From contig NC_086108.1 in assembly GCF_963921235.1 (NCBI RefSeq), positions 65,288,001-65,352,000 on the forward strand: DNA of 64,000 bases, given 5' to 3'. This stretch comes from Mobula hypostoma (taxonomy: Eukaryota). This document shows, piece after piece, positions 36,205 through 48,954 of the stretch (position 1 is its first letter; each line of letters starts with the position of its first letter). Both the position numbers and the translations under genes were made by a program. Below the pieces are notes generated by a model, which was not told where the DNA came from, made no database searches, and saw only the letters and a list, made by a program, of their open reading frames with translations.

Positions 36205-38544
36205 GAGGCTGCCTTGACCATCACCTTTAAATGCTGTTATTCAAGTGATAGATGTTGTACATCCTTCCAAGGTGATACTTCATTTGAAAGTTTAGTTTAG
36301 AAATTAAAGGTGAAGTTTAAACTAAATTAAGTGCTCTAGATTGATTCTAAAATGTTACATTACCAAAACACAATTCCTGCACTTCTGAATGAAAACCTTG
36401 AGGGAAAAAAAGTCAATTGACCATTAGCCCTCATGATTGTTTACATTTAAGTTCTAGACTTAATTAATTTACGCACTAAAATAACATTACTTGTCCACTG
36501 CCCCTGGAACACTACCATCAAACATACTGATTTGTCTTCCTGGTATTTAAAAATTATGACCTCACATTTACTTACATTGTACACCATCTGTCACTGTTTT
36601 GACCACATTTTTAATCTGCCTTTCACCCTCTATATCTTCCCACAAACATCCACCATGTATCTATTAAATTAACCTCACATGCAAATGTGACATTCATAAA
36701 AATGTTATTTGTAGGTCTCATTGCTCAGAAGACCAGTATTTACCACCTACCACTATTAGCCCTGGCTTTGGGTTAGCAGCTTTTTTAACTAACTTCTATG
36801 CCTACTCAGAGAAAGTACACAAGCAGTGCTCTTGTAGATAAAGGGTTTCAGAATATAGATATATTGATGAAAGAAAGCAATCCACTTCCAAAGCAAGATT
36901 GTTTTCCAGAAGGAGAAATGAACATGATAGGGTTCCTGGGCTGATGAAACACTGAGCTGCTATGCAAACATTGTAATCAAAGTCAGTTAACAGTAGAGGC
37001 AAAGGAGAAGGGTGAAGGGACTGCCAGTCAACATGTTGATTGCCATCAAGTTCACTGAATCTGCACTCATTCAGGCAAATGGAAGGTACTCCATTTCACA
37101 CCTGTTTAAGTGTTCAAGATGGTGGTATGGTTTCTAACAAGTCAAACACCCAACTTTTCATCCAAGTCGTACAGCACAGAAACAGGCCCTTAGACCTATT
37201 TATTTTTGTAGCTACAATATTTCTGTTGTTCAGTTTCAGTTTCCAGGCATCAGTGATGTCCATTACATTGAATATTGTGAACTCAGTCATGACAAAGCCA
37301 CGAAATGCCAGGGGTGGCAGCTAACTCTCTCCTCCAGTCAGTCAATACTTTAAGAGGTGTGACTATTGTTTGCCATTCAATAGCTTATGCTTGCATGTCG
37401 CCAGATCAACATATAAGCATGGGTTGATTCTTTGCTGAGATGCTGCAAATTAAGTTGAGCTTTACATAAAAAACATCCCAATACCAACTTCACAATGAAA
37501 GTGAAGTCATTGTTGAAAATGAAGATGGCTACCTTAATATACTGCCCTGAGAAGCAACAACGTTCTAGAACTGAGAAGAATAAGCTCCCAATAATCTTAA
37601 CCATCTTCCTTTATGCTAAGTTTTGTTCTGGCCTGTAGAGTGTTTTCCACTTCATTTCCACCGTCTTCAGTTCCACTGAGGTTCCCTGATATTATCCTTA
37701 GTTAAGTGCATCCTTGCCAATGTGCACAACCAATCCAACACACTCTGGATTTCAGGTAATCAGCTGTGCGACTCTCTTATATTGCCAAAACATTTGTCAG
37801 ATGGCATCAAAGAACAAACCCTATGTTCCCTTCTCTATCACCTACTTCCTAACCAATCACCAGTTTTTTGATATCATTTTCTACAAAGCATCAGTTCAAG
37901 TGAAGCCCTGGGATGCAGTGAGAATGGTATCACTAAACTGCCTGAACAGCCAATCACTTTGAGGAATTCTCAGATAGCAAACCATGAAATAGAAATTTTT
38001 AATAATATTATTAAAATGTTAGTCGAAGTACTGGAACATCCTAGGTTTATGGTTGTTGAATTTTTTTTAAACAGCAGGTTTAAATGTTCTGTTTTAAATT
38101 GATTACCTTTTATATCATCTGAGAGAATTATAATTTAATCATATAAAATTAGCTTCTTTGGGCAGAAAGATTTTCAAGCAGTGATTATAGATTTGCATAT
38201 CATTAAAAACTCATTTGTAGCAAATAAAGTATAAATTATGTAATTAAAATAACTAAAGTTTGCCAAATCTAATATCAAATATTATTTACAGTAAGTTACT
38301 TTCAAAAAGTTTATTTTGAAAATTTGTGCTTTAAAGTGTTAGGATTATTGAAAAAGGATTGACTGATTTAATAATTCCCTTTCACCTGTTACCTTGGATT
38401 TACAGAAGGCTTTGACAAGGTGTCACACACAAGGTTGCTAAACAAGATAGGAGCCATGGTGTTATAGGAAAGATACTAAAATAGATAAAAGACTGGCTTA
38501 CTGGCAGAAGGCAAAGAGGCAATCAAGGGGACCTTCAGTAGAAA

Positions 38545-41500
38545 TTTGCAAAGCACCTTTGCTGACATACCAAATCTCCTCAAATTCATAATGAATTATA
38601 GCCATTGTTGCACCTTTGTAATCGCATCAATATGTTGGAGCCAGAAGAGATCTTCAGAGATGTTGACAGCCAGAAACTTGAAACTGCTCACCCTTTCCAC
38701 TGCTGACCCCACAATGAGGATTGGTGTGGGTATTCCGCTGACTTCCCCTTTCTGAAGTCTACAATCAATTCATAGTCATACTTTACTGATCCCGGGGGAA
38801 ATTGGTTTTCGTTACAGTTGCACCATAAATAATAAATAGTAATAGAACCATAAATAGTTAAATAGTAATATGTAAATTATGCCAGTAAATTATGAAATAA
38901 GTCCAAGACCAGCCTATCGGCTCAGGGTGTCTGAACCTCTAAGGGAGGAGTTGTAAAGTTTGATGGCCACAGGCAGGAATGACTTCCTATGACGCTCTGT
39001 GCTGTATCTCAGTGGAATGAGTCTCTAGCTGAATGTACTCCTGTGCCCACCCAGTACATTATGTAGTGGATGGGAGACATTGACCAAGATGGCATGCAAC
39101 TTAGACAGCATCCTCTTTTCAGACACCACCGTGAGAGAGTCCAGTTCCATCCCCACAACATCACTGGCCTTACGAATGAGTTTGTTGATTCTGTTGGTGT
39201 CTGCTTCCCTCAGCCTGCTGCCCCAGCACACAACAGCAAACATGATAGCACTGGCCACCACAGACTCGTAGAACATCCTCAGCATCATCCGGCAGATGTT
39301 AAAGGACCTCAGTCTCCTCAGGAAATGGAGACGGCTCTGACCCTTCTTGTAGACAGCCTCAGTGTTCTTTGACCAGTCCAGTTTATTGTCAATTCCTATC
39401 CCCAGGTATTTGTAATCCTCCACCATGTCCACACTGACCCCCTGGATGGAAACAGGGATTACCGGTACCTTAGCTCTCCTCGGGTCTACCACCAGCTCTT
39501 TAGTCTTTTTCACATTAAGCTGCAGATAATTCTGTTCACACTATGTGACAAAGTTTCCTACCGTAGCCCTGTACTCAACCTCATCTCCCTTGCTGATGCA
39601 TCCAACTATGGCAGATTCATCCAAAAACTTCTGAAGATGACAAGACTCTGTGCAGTAGTTGAAGTCCGAGGTGTAAATGGTGAAGAGAAAGGGAGACAAG
39701 ACAGTCTCCTGTGGAGCCCCAGTACTGCTGATCACTCTGTCGGACACACAGTGTTGCAAGCACACGTACTGTGGTCTACCAGTCAGGTAATCAAGAATCC
39801 ATACCACCAGGGAAGCATCCACCTGCATCGCTGTCAGCTTCTCCCCCAGCAGAGCAGGGCGGATGGTGTTGAATGCACTGGAGAAGTCAAAAAACATGAC
39901 CTTCACAGTGCTGGCTTGTCCAGGTGGGCGTAGACACGGTTCAGCAGGTAGACGATGGCATCCTCAACTCCTAGTCGGGGCTGGTAGGTGAACTGGAGGG
40001 GATCTAAGTGTGGCCTGACCATAGGCCAGAGCAGCTCCAGAACAAGTCTCTCCAGGGCCTTCATGATGTGGGAGGTCAATGCCAACAGTCTGTAGTCATT
40101 GAGGCCGCTGGGGCGCGGCGTCTTCGGCACAGGGATGAAGCAGGACGTCTTCCACAGTACAGGAACCCTCCGGAGCCTCAGGCTCAGGTTGAATACATGG
40201 CGAAGTACTCCACATAGCTGAGGGGCACAGGCTTTGAGCACCCTGGTACTGACACCATCCGGTCCCGCAGCCTTGCTTGGGTTGAGATGTTTCAGCTGTC
40301 TTCTCACCTGTTCAGCCGTGAAGCCCACCGTGGTGGTTTCGTGTGAGGAAGCGGTATAGTCATGAGAGAAGGATGGGGGACTGTGAGGAGGGGTAGGAGG
40401 GGAGGGTGGAATATGTGTTGGTTGGGGCTGACAACAGATGGCTCATGTGGGGGATGGGCAGGGGCCACAATGTCAAATCTGTTAAAGAACAGATTACGTT
40501 CATTGGCCCTGTCCACACTGCCTTCAGCTCCTCTGTTGCCAGTTTGCCAGAACCCAGTGATGGTCCTCATCCTCCTCCAGAACTCTCTCATGTTGTTCTG
40601 CTGGAGTTTCCACTCAAGCTTCCTCCTGTACCTGTCTTTAGCCTCCCTGATCCTGGCTTTCAGGTCCCTCTGTATTTTCCTCAGCTCCTCCCTATTTCCA
40701 TCTCTAAACATCCTCTTTTTAGCGTTCAGGATGTCCTTAATGTCCTTTGTCACCCATGGCTTGTTATTTGAATAACAAAGGACAGTTCTTGTCGGAACAT
40801 GCAGTCCACACAGAAGTTGATGTAATCAGTGATGCATTCTGCTTGGTCTTACTGATGTTGACCACTCAACCAGCTGAGCTATCTCACTTCAGCATGCTTC
40901 GCCAACATCTGAAATTCTGCTAACAATAATGGTGTCATCAGCAAATTTATAGATGGTGTTTGAGTTGTGCCTAGCCACATAGTCATGGGTGTAGAGAGAG
41001 TACAGCAGTGGGCTAAGCATTTATCTTTGAGGTGCACCAGTGTTACCCAGTTGCAAAGGGAGTACAGAGCCCCAGGTTTTGGACCTTGTTGATTAGTACT
41101 GAGGGTATTGAGTGCCGAGTTGTAATCAATAAACAGCAGCCTGATGCCAGTACTGCTACTGCTGAGGTGATCCAAGGCCAAGTGGAGAGCGAGATTGCAT
41201 CTGCTGTAGACATAACGTGGCAGCAGGCAAATTACAGTGGGTCCAGGAACTTGCTCAGACAGGAGTTAATTCTAGCCATGACCAATCTCTCAAAGCACTT
41301 CATCACAGTAGATGCAAGTGGAACTGGGCAACAGTTATTGAGGCAGCTTATCCTGCTCTTCTAGGGCACTGGTATGATTGTCACTCTTTTGAAGCAGGTG
41401 GGAACCTCCAACTGCAGCAGAGATAGATTGAAGATGTTTTTGAGCACTCCTGCCAGTTCATTGGCACAGCTCTCCAATGTCTTACCAGGTACACCATCAG

Positions 41501-42500
41501 GACCTGACACCTTGCGAGGGTTCACCCCCTTGAAAGATGTTCTGACGTAGGCCTCTGAGAAAGAGATCACAGCATCATCAGATGCTGCAGAAATTGCACA
41601 GGTGTAGTTTTATTCTCCCTTTCAAAGTGTGCAGGAAAGGCAGTGAGATCATCTGTGAGTGAAGCGTCACAGCTATTCATGATGTTAGCTTTCACCTTGT
41701 TGAAAATAATGGTTTGCAGACACTGCCAGAGCTGATGTGCATCCAGTACTGTCTCTAACTTCAATCAGAATTGTTTTGTCACCCTTAAAATAGTCTTTGG
41801 TACATCATACCTGGACTTCCTCTATAGTTCTGGATGATCGGTCTTGAACGCTACAGGTCTAGCCCTCAGCAGACTACGAATCTCCTGGTTCATCCATGGT
41901 TTTTGGTCTGGGTATGTCCAGTACGTTCTCGAAGGCACACTCATCCACACAGATCTTGATGAAGCTGGTGACAACTGTGACATATTCCTTCATATTCAGA
42001 GATGAATCCCGGTATAATGTCCATTCCACCAATTCAAAGCAGTCCTGTAAACACTCCTCTACCTTCTTGATCCTCACCACTGGTGCTGTGGTCTTTAGTT
42101 ACTGCCAACATGCTGGGAGAAGTACGCCAACTCAAAGTAATTGGACTTTCCAAACTGTGGGTGTGGTATAGCACGGTAAGCGTTCTTGATGGTGGTATAA
42201 CAGTGATCAAAGGGTATTGGCTCCTCTAGTTTCAAAGATGATATGTTGGTGGTAGCTGTTCAGAGACTTCAAACCGGCCTGATTGAAATCCCCCACAATG
42301 ATAGGGAAGTTATCAGGGTGCGCTGTTTTGTGTTTACTGATTATGGTGCTCAGCTTCTCCATTGTCTGTCTGACATTGGTCTAAGGTGGAATGTACACTG
42401 CTACCAGGATGATGGCAGAAAAGTCCCTCAGCAGATAAAATGGACGACATTTGACCACTAGATGTTTGAGGTCGTCTGAGCAGGACTGAGATAGAACCGC
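38545..42500 (-). mobile_element. Older Rex1/Babar LINE (38545-38771 and 40837-42500) hosting the younger copy
   Basis: RKVSGPDGVPG, RLLFIDYNSALNT, LQDCFE. The sequence is continuous across the nested insertion (caatt...cttggtcttactga). Confidence 0.8.
38772..40836 (-). mobile_element. Relatively young 5'-truncated Rex1/Babar LINE
   Basis: Long consecutive ORF pieces: KAAGPDG, NDYR..ALTS, FFDFSSAFNTI, GAPQ..LSPFLF, KTKELVVD, RLHFLRRL. Short CATAGT-type tail at 38771. Confidence 0.92.
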
Positions 42501-42569
42501 CATTTCTATGCACATGCTGAGTTAACCATAAAACATACCCCATCTCCTCTAAAAGACTGAGTAGCAGAT

Positions 42570-43000
42570 AAGAGTACAGTGCAGGGAAGTGTACAGTCAT
42601 GCACTTTGGTAGAAGTAATAAAGACACAAAATATTTTCTAAATGGGAAGCAAATTCAGAAATCACAGATATAAAGGGACTTGGGAACCATAGTGCAGGAT
42701 TCTCTAAAGATTAACTTGCAGGTTCAGTCAGTAGTAAGGAAGGCAAATAAAATATCAGCATTCATTTTGAGAGGACTGGAATATAAAGGCAAGGATGGAA
42801 TGCTGAGACTGTTTAAGGCATGGGTCAGACCACATATGGAGCACTGTGAGCAATGTTGGGTTCCATAACTAAGAAGGAATATGCTGACATAGGAGAGGGT
42901 CTTTGGAGGTATATGAGAATAATCCTGGAAATAAAAAGGTTTAATCTGTGAGGAGTACTTGATGGCTCTGAGCCTGTACTCATTAGAACTTAGATGAATG
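42570..43000 (+). mobile_element. CR1 fragment
   Basis: LQVQSVVRKAN...VRPHMEHCEQCW. Confidence 0.8.
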
Positions 43001-43144
43001 ACCAGAGATAACACTACCATCTGCCCAACTGCATAGTGAAGTATGTTTACACAATGGAAATGAAAGGAGTTTCTGTTCTCAAATACAAGTTCTTACGTAT
43101 AGGACTGCAAAAATCTAAGCATATCTATATATCCACAGCTAGGG

Positions 43145-43626
43145 AACCTATAACTTATGCACAATACTGCAGTAATTTTATGTATTGCACTGTACTGCAT
43201 CACACAAACAAAAACCAACTTCATGACATATGTGAGTAATGACAAACCTGATTCTGATATGGGTCTCTATTGTGGACTGAGAGTGGGAAGGGGGCAGGCA
43301 GAGGGGAATCATGGTTGGGAAAAGGAGCCGGAAGCACCAGAGCAACATTCTGGTATCATCAATAAACCAATTGTTCAGAATCAAATGACCTTGCCTAGTG
43401 TCTCAGGGCTGGGTGTGACTGCACCCGTCCCACCCCTGGAACTCCTCCTCTGTCACCTGCCCCACACCCCTCCCGGGGCACTCCACTCTCGCCATTTCTG
43501 ACATCCTTTACTCCCACCAAATTTACAAACTCGCTCTTTGCTCCACATTGACAAATACAATACTGTGCAAAAGTCTAAAGCACCTCAGCTATACATATGT
43601 GTCAAAGACTTTTGCACAGTACTGTA
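43145..43626 (+). mobile_element. Tc1-like MITE
   Basis: Repeated ACTTTTGCACAGTACTGTA / TAC..TACTGTGCAAAAGT motifs, ending at TA. Confidence 0.7.
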
Positions 43627-44191
43627 GAAAATAAGGGATTGCTGCACATTACAAGTTGTACCCATATACAAACTGTACTAAAGCAAGATACAAATCAATT
43701 ACCAAAAAGAATTGAACCATCTAGGGTTCTATTACTTAAGATTATAACATGGAAAAGATAATAAATGATAATGACACTAAATCAACCAATCTCAAGATAG
43801 AGGAGATTTATGCATTTACAGGTACTGGGAAGCCTACTGCAAGCAAGAATATTTACAAGGTGTGCTTGAACAGACTTTTAATACAAATTGAATACTTTAA
43901 AGCATTATTTACAATAATGGTAATGAAAAACATTGTATTTTAGAGCCTCACATTGCAATAATTTATCAGTTAATATAAACAAGCATTTTTGACAATCATA
44001 TCCAGAAATGCCATTACAAAATTGCAAATATAATGAAAAAAAGTGGTGCAATTGAATTGATTGCTTGCTTGGTTTGCGTAAAAATATTGCGAAATAAATA
44101 GATAAGTTTAAATGTTCATGGCAATAACAGCAATTTCATGTATTAAAAACTAGCACCAATTTATATTATTCAAAATATGGACAATCCTTAC

Positions 44192-44283
44192 CCAAAGCTG
44201 GATACCCCAAGTAGAATCTGTCTGCTCCCAGCCATCCAAGAAATAAGGAAAGAGCCACTGCCACCTTATAAGAATAACCAGTC
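44192..44283 (-). CDS. TM2D1: TM2D1 coding exon (TM1 and DRF motif), 92 nt
   Basis: Acceptor tttttctttaag, donor gtaagg. Translates TGYSYKVAVALSLFLGWLGADRFYLGYPAL(G), the TM2 domain signature. Confidence 0.96.
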
Positions 44284-44371
44284 CTTAAAGAAAAATATGA
44301 AAATAGAAATTACTGGACTTGTCTGACAACCTCATATCAAGTAATAAAATCTAGAAATGGTCTTCCTTATG

Positions 44372-44800
44372 GCAGCATCTATGGGAAAAAAAAACCCAGA
44401 AAAAGTACACTTTTTGTTCCATAGATGCTGCCTGGCCTGCTGAGTTCCTCCAGCATTTTGTGTGTGTTGCTCAGATTTCCAGGATCTGCAGATTTTCTCT
44501 TGTTCATGTTCTTCCCTATGTCCTAATTTTTGATATAAATAGGTCTTCAGTTTAAAAAGAGGCGGCAGTACATCACAGTGCATTAGAACAGAAGGATACA
44601 GTTCTATAACTTACAAGAGAAAATCTGCAGATACTGCAAATCCAAGCAACACACACAAAATGCTGGAGGAACTCAGCAGGCCAGGCAGCATCTATGGAAC
44701 AAAAGTACAATTGATGCTTCGCTCGGCCTGAAATGTCGAATGTACTCTTTTCCATAGATGCTGCCTAGCCTGCTAAGTTCCTCCAGCATTTTGTGAGTGG
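44372..44800. mobile_element. Two Penelope pLTR-derived fold-back insertions (about 44372-44505 and 44613-44800)
   Basis: Inverted gcagcatctatgg / ccatagatgctgc arms. TSD-like flanks tcttccttatg/tcttccctatg and ctataactt/ctataattt. Confidence 0.8.
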
Positions 44801-45899
44801 TACTATAATTTGATCAGGATATGGACTGCATTCAGATTTCCAAATACTAGATTCCTAATTTCAACCACAATACCATTATAGCTTATCATGGATCCAAGTG
44901 TGCATTAAGGGAATTTAACCATAGAAACTCTTTTATAACACATTGACATCAGATTGAGCAGTATTTTAACATCATTTCCATTCTTGTTATAGGAATTTAG
45001 GTTGCGGTTTAGTGTTGAAGAGTCAATGCTCAGGGAAAATCAAAGTCTTTAAGAAGGCATTTGAAGACAACAGCAACTATAGAAATTAGTAATGGTTAAA
45101 TAGATGGTATTATTAAAAACAACACATGTTTGATTTAGCAAAATTAGAAGTCGGAATGTTTGTCTAATGCTTGTTTGCTGGAGCTCTAAGTATGTTAACC
45201 AATCTTAATAGGAGTTAAAATGTTAACAGACCAAAAGTCGAGGCCTTAGTTAAATATCTCTTAGATCTGCTTTTACCAGCTCACAACTCAGTGCAGACTT
45301 CACCATTTTAGTAATTAAAAGAGACCATTCAATTTGGAGAAGTTAACTTCAATTTTCTCATGTACATCCAGCGTATCTAAATGTTGTAGCTTTTTTTGTT
45401 ATTCCATACATCTTTTCACTATTTTATTATCAATAAATCAGAGTTTTTAAATTTCAGGATACTAACTGATCCTAGCCAAGATGCTAGGAAGAAACCTCCA
45501 TACATTTTTCCAATTGTACTCCATAGAGTGAAATAAATTCAGTCAAACATCATCCATCCCCCAATCAGTAAAGCACTACAACATAATACTGATTACATGT
45601 TTTGGAAGTATCAGTGGCAGAAGGTCTTCTAAGGCGGCTTTAAGCAAACTCCTAAAATATAGCAGGTGACGTATTCTATCTGAGCCTTCAAAGCATCTCT
45701 GAGTGAGTAAAACTTTTTAAACTGATATTATTTTATCCATCAAATACAATTCCACACTTAGCTATTCTGTCCAGGATTCCAAGTATTGATGGCTTTCTAA
45801 ATGATAACATGTTAATTCTTATCAGTTACTGTCCTCCTCACAATTTAAGTTCAAGCAGTTATTCCAGATTAACCTTTCTCACATCAATGATGTATTCAA

Positions 45900-46250
45900 C
45901 AGTATAGTGGTAAATTACTGACTTGCACCATGGAGACGCGAGCTGAAAATCCAAGAATGAGTATAAATCTTATCCAGGTTGCTGGAAAATTTAAATTAAG
46001 TTAGTTAAATAAACCTGGAATTACAAATCTGAGATCAGTAATGAGAACATGAAACTGTGGGACCACATAAAAACCCAGATGGTTAGCTAATGTCCTTTGG
46101 AGAAGGAAAACCATGTTTACTCATTCTGGCATACATGCAACAGTACATCTTAAGTATTCACTATGATTGAATCTTAAGTATTCTCCAAAATAGGCTTGTC
46201 CCCAAGGAAATTAAACTCTGGCTTGCCAACAATTCCCATATTTCATATAT
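45900..46250 (+). mobile_element. Old tRNA-type SINE, degenerate
   Basis: A-box-like agtatagtgg head; body similar to 19850-20200. Confidence 0.5.
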
Positions 46251-46322
46251 AAAAACATATTATATATAGTCATCTTTAGAGGCAACTGACAAATCGTTTC
46301 GACCGGCTCACCAATCAGAACA

Positions 46323-47270
46323 AATGACTTGGATGAAGAAGTGGAGGGATGGATTAGTAAATTTGCTGATGACACAAAGGTTGGAGGTGTTGTGGATAGT
46401 GTGGAGGGCTGTCAGAGGTTACAGCGGGACCATGATAGGATGCAAAACTGGGCTGAGAAATGGCATATGGAGTTCAACCCAGATAAGTGTGAGGCGGTTC
46501 ATTTTGGTAGGTCAAATATGATGGCAGAATATAATATTAATGGTAAGACTCTTGGCAGTGTGAAAGATCAGAGGGATCTTGGGATCCAAGTCCATAAGAC
46601 ATTCAAAGCTGCTGTGCAGGTTGACTCTATGGTTAAGAAAGCATAAAGTGCATTGGCCTTCATCAATCGTAGGATTGAGTTTAGGAGCCGAGAGGTAATG
46701 TTGCAGCTATATAGGACCCTGGTCAGACCCCACTTGGAGTACTGTGCTCAGTTCTGGTCACCTCACTACAGGAAGATTGTGGAAACCATAGAAAGGGTGC
46801 AGAGGAGATTTACAAAGATATTGCCTGGACTGGGGAGCATGCCTTATGAGAACAGGTTGAGTGAACTTGGCCTTTTTACCTTGGAGCGACGGAGGATCAG
46901 AAGTGACCTGATAGAGGTGTATAAGATGATGAGAGGCATTGATTATGTGGATAGTCAGAGGCTTTTTCCCAGGGCTGAAATGGCTCGCACGAGAGGGCAC
47001 AGTTTTAAGGTGCTTGGGAGTAGGTACAGAGGAGATGTCAGGGGTAATTTTTTTTATGCAGAGAGTGGTGAGTGCATGGAATGGGCTGCCGGCGACAGTG
47101 GTGGAGGAGGATACGATAGGGTCTTTTGAGAGACTCCTGGACAGGTACATGGAGCTCAGAAAAATAGAGGGCTATGAGTAACCCTAGGTAATCTCTCAGG
47201 TAAGGATATGTTTGGCACAGCTTTGTGGGCTGAAGGGCCTGTACTGTGCTGTAAGTTTTCTATGTTTCTA
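46323..47270 (+). mobile_element. CR1 3' portion
   Basis: ISKFADDTK, LVRPHLEYCAQFW, WNGLP, and a 3'UTR with tail ttctatgtttcta. Confidence 0.92.
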
Positions 47271-47849
47271 CTCAGATTAAGGAAGACACTATTCTGTTTT
47301 GGAAGGATAAACTTGCTAAAAGTGGACCTCCGGGCAAGCTACTGTTTGTGTCAGACAAGAACCAGGACAAATACTTTAGGGCCATTGAATCCAAGATAAT
47401 CCAAAAAAAAAAGCATATTTTTGAGCAGGGTTTTGTCCTTCTTAGCATGCTTTATGCCTTGAGGTGGGGTGCGGAACATATTATAATGATGCAGCGACAT
47501 CATAGATTTGAACAAGATGGATGGACCGATAGGTGTAACCTGGTTTCATCTTACTATGTTGCACATTCTTCCTGATTGCCAAGATTCACCAATTCTCCAA
47601 CTTACTCAAATGCTGAAACACTGAAACCAGTGGTCAACCTCTGCACTCTCTTCACACAGGCTTCGGTATCTGAGCGCTTCCTTTTTTGCTAGAATTTCTC
47701 AATATATGTAAAATGTGATTTTAGCCATGGAGTTCCAAATGATTTTAGATGCAATGTATTGGACTGGAGTCTTTACCACAAACGATAGATATATAAATGA
47801 AACAGAGTTCCGATCCTAAATACTGGTATTCAAATGTACACTTGTAGTG

Positions 47850-48240
47850 TGTGTCCCCATTTATCACTCACTAGCCTGTCTCCACCTCCAATCTCCCTTC
47901 CTGCCACCTTGTTCCATGTGCCTTTTTTCTTTGTCTGCTTTTACTTGTCACACTACTTCCATCTTCTAACTCTTCCACCTCCTCCCTGACTTACCTAGTA
48001 CTACACATCAACATTCACCCCCTCCCCAGTCCACCTATTAGATAATGGCGTGTATGATCTCTCCCTCACTCTTCTTTATACCATTTATCTTCACCCTCCT
48101 TTAAGCCCTGATGCAGGTTCTTGAAATGACAGTCAACAACTCCTACTCCCCATCTCCCTATTGGTGCTGCGTGATCTGCTGAATTCCTTCAGTAGTTTAT
48201 TTTGTGCTCCATGTTCCAGCATCTGTGGTCTCCTGTCTTT
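47850..48240 (+). mobile_element. Degenerate Penelope 3'UTR/pLTR
   Basis: Pyrimidine-rich tract followed by ccctgatgcagg and the gctgc..ctgctga..tcc..ccagcatctg repeat. Confidence 0.6.
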
Positions 48241-48566
48241 CTTGTTCAAAAACTAAATCATCATTCTGAAACTGATCCCTAGTAGAACCTCACTTGTCAA
48301 GTTTCTCAGCATTTAAAAATAATTCATAGAACTACAGCACTGTAGCAAGCTATTTAGCCTACAAATTCATTTTTCTCTCATACAAACCACATTAAATATA
48401 GCAAACTTGAACATTCCTCTGTAAAGTAATTATCTGACAAAACAGAACTATTGGGTTGTACATAAACACAAAGCTTTTAATGCTTTCAAACTAATGTTTT
48501 AATATGCAGTGAAGAAATATCTTATTTTAACTTTATGCGCGATGAAAAAAAATCTGAAATACTTAC

Positions 48567-48675
48567 ACATTACGACATGGAAAAGGCTTATAGAAACCAA
48601 TTTCCTTTCCACTGAAAGTGCTCACAATGCCACTATAATTTCTGCAGGTGATGTTAGGTGCTGGCATACAAGGAA
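48567..48675 (-). CDS. TM2D1: TM2D1 internal coding exon (extracellular Cys-rich region), 109 nt
   Basis: Acceptor ttttattgctag, donor gtaagt. Translates PCMPAPNITCRNYSGIVSTFSGKEIGFYKPFPCRN(V), matching the TM2D1 pattern CxPAPNITC...GF.KP..CRNV. Splices in frame to the next exon. Confidence 0.93.
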
Positions 48676-48954
48676 CTAGCAATAAAATAAAAATGTTAAT
48701 TAGGGATAATTTTACTTTACATCATTAACAGAATTTAAGATCTGTAATTTTTGCTCAGACTTCACCATTAATGTTTATCAAAATGTGTGAAAATTGACAT
48801 ATTTGATACAGGTGGTCCCCAAATTATAAATGCCTGAACTTGTGTCTCAAATTCTCATTCATACATACAAGTTCAGATGAATACCAGCTGCTGCACCATC
48901 TTCTGCCTGGTTGGAATAGGGTCTTTCTACATGCCTTCTCTTCCAAACACTAGA

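Noticed and set aside
35909..36224. Cys/Val-rich ORFs
   Set aside because: They are translations of the (CA)n microsatellite.
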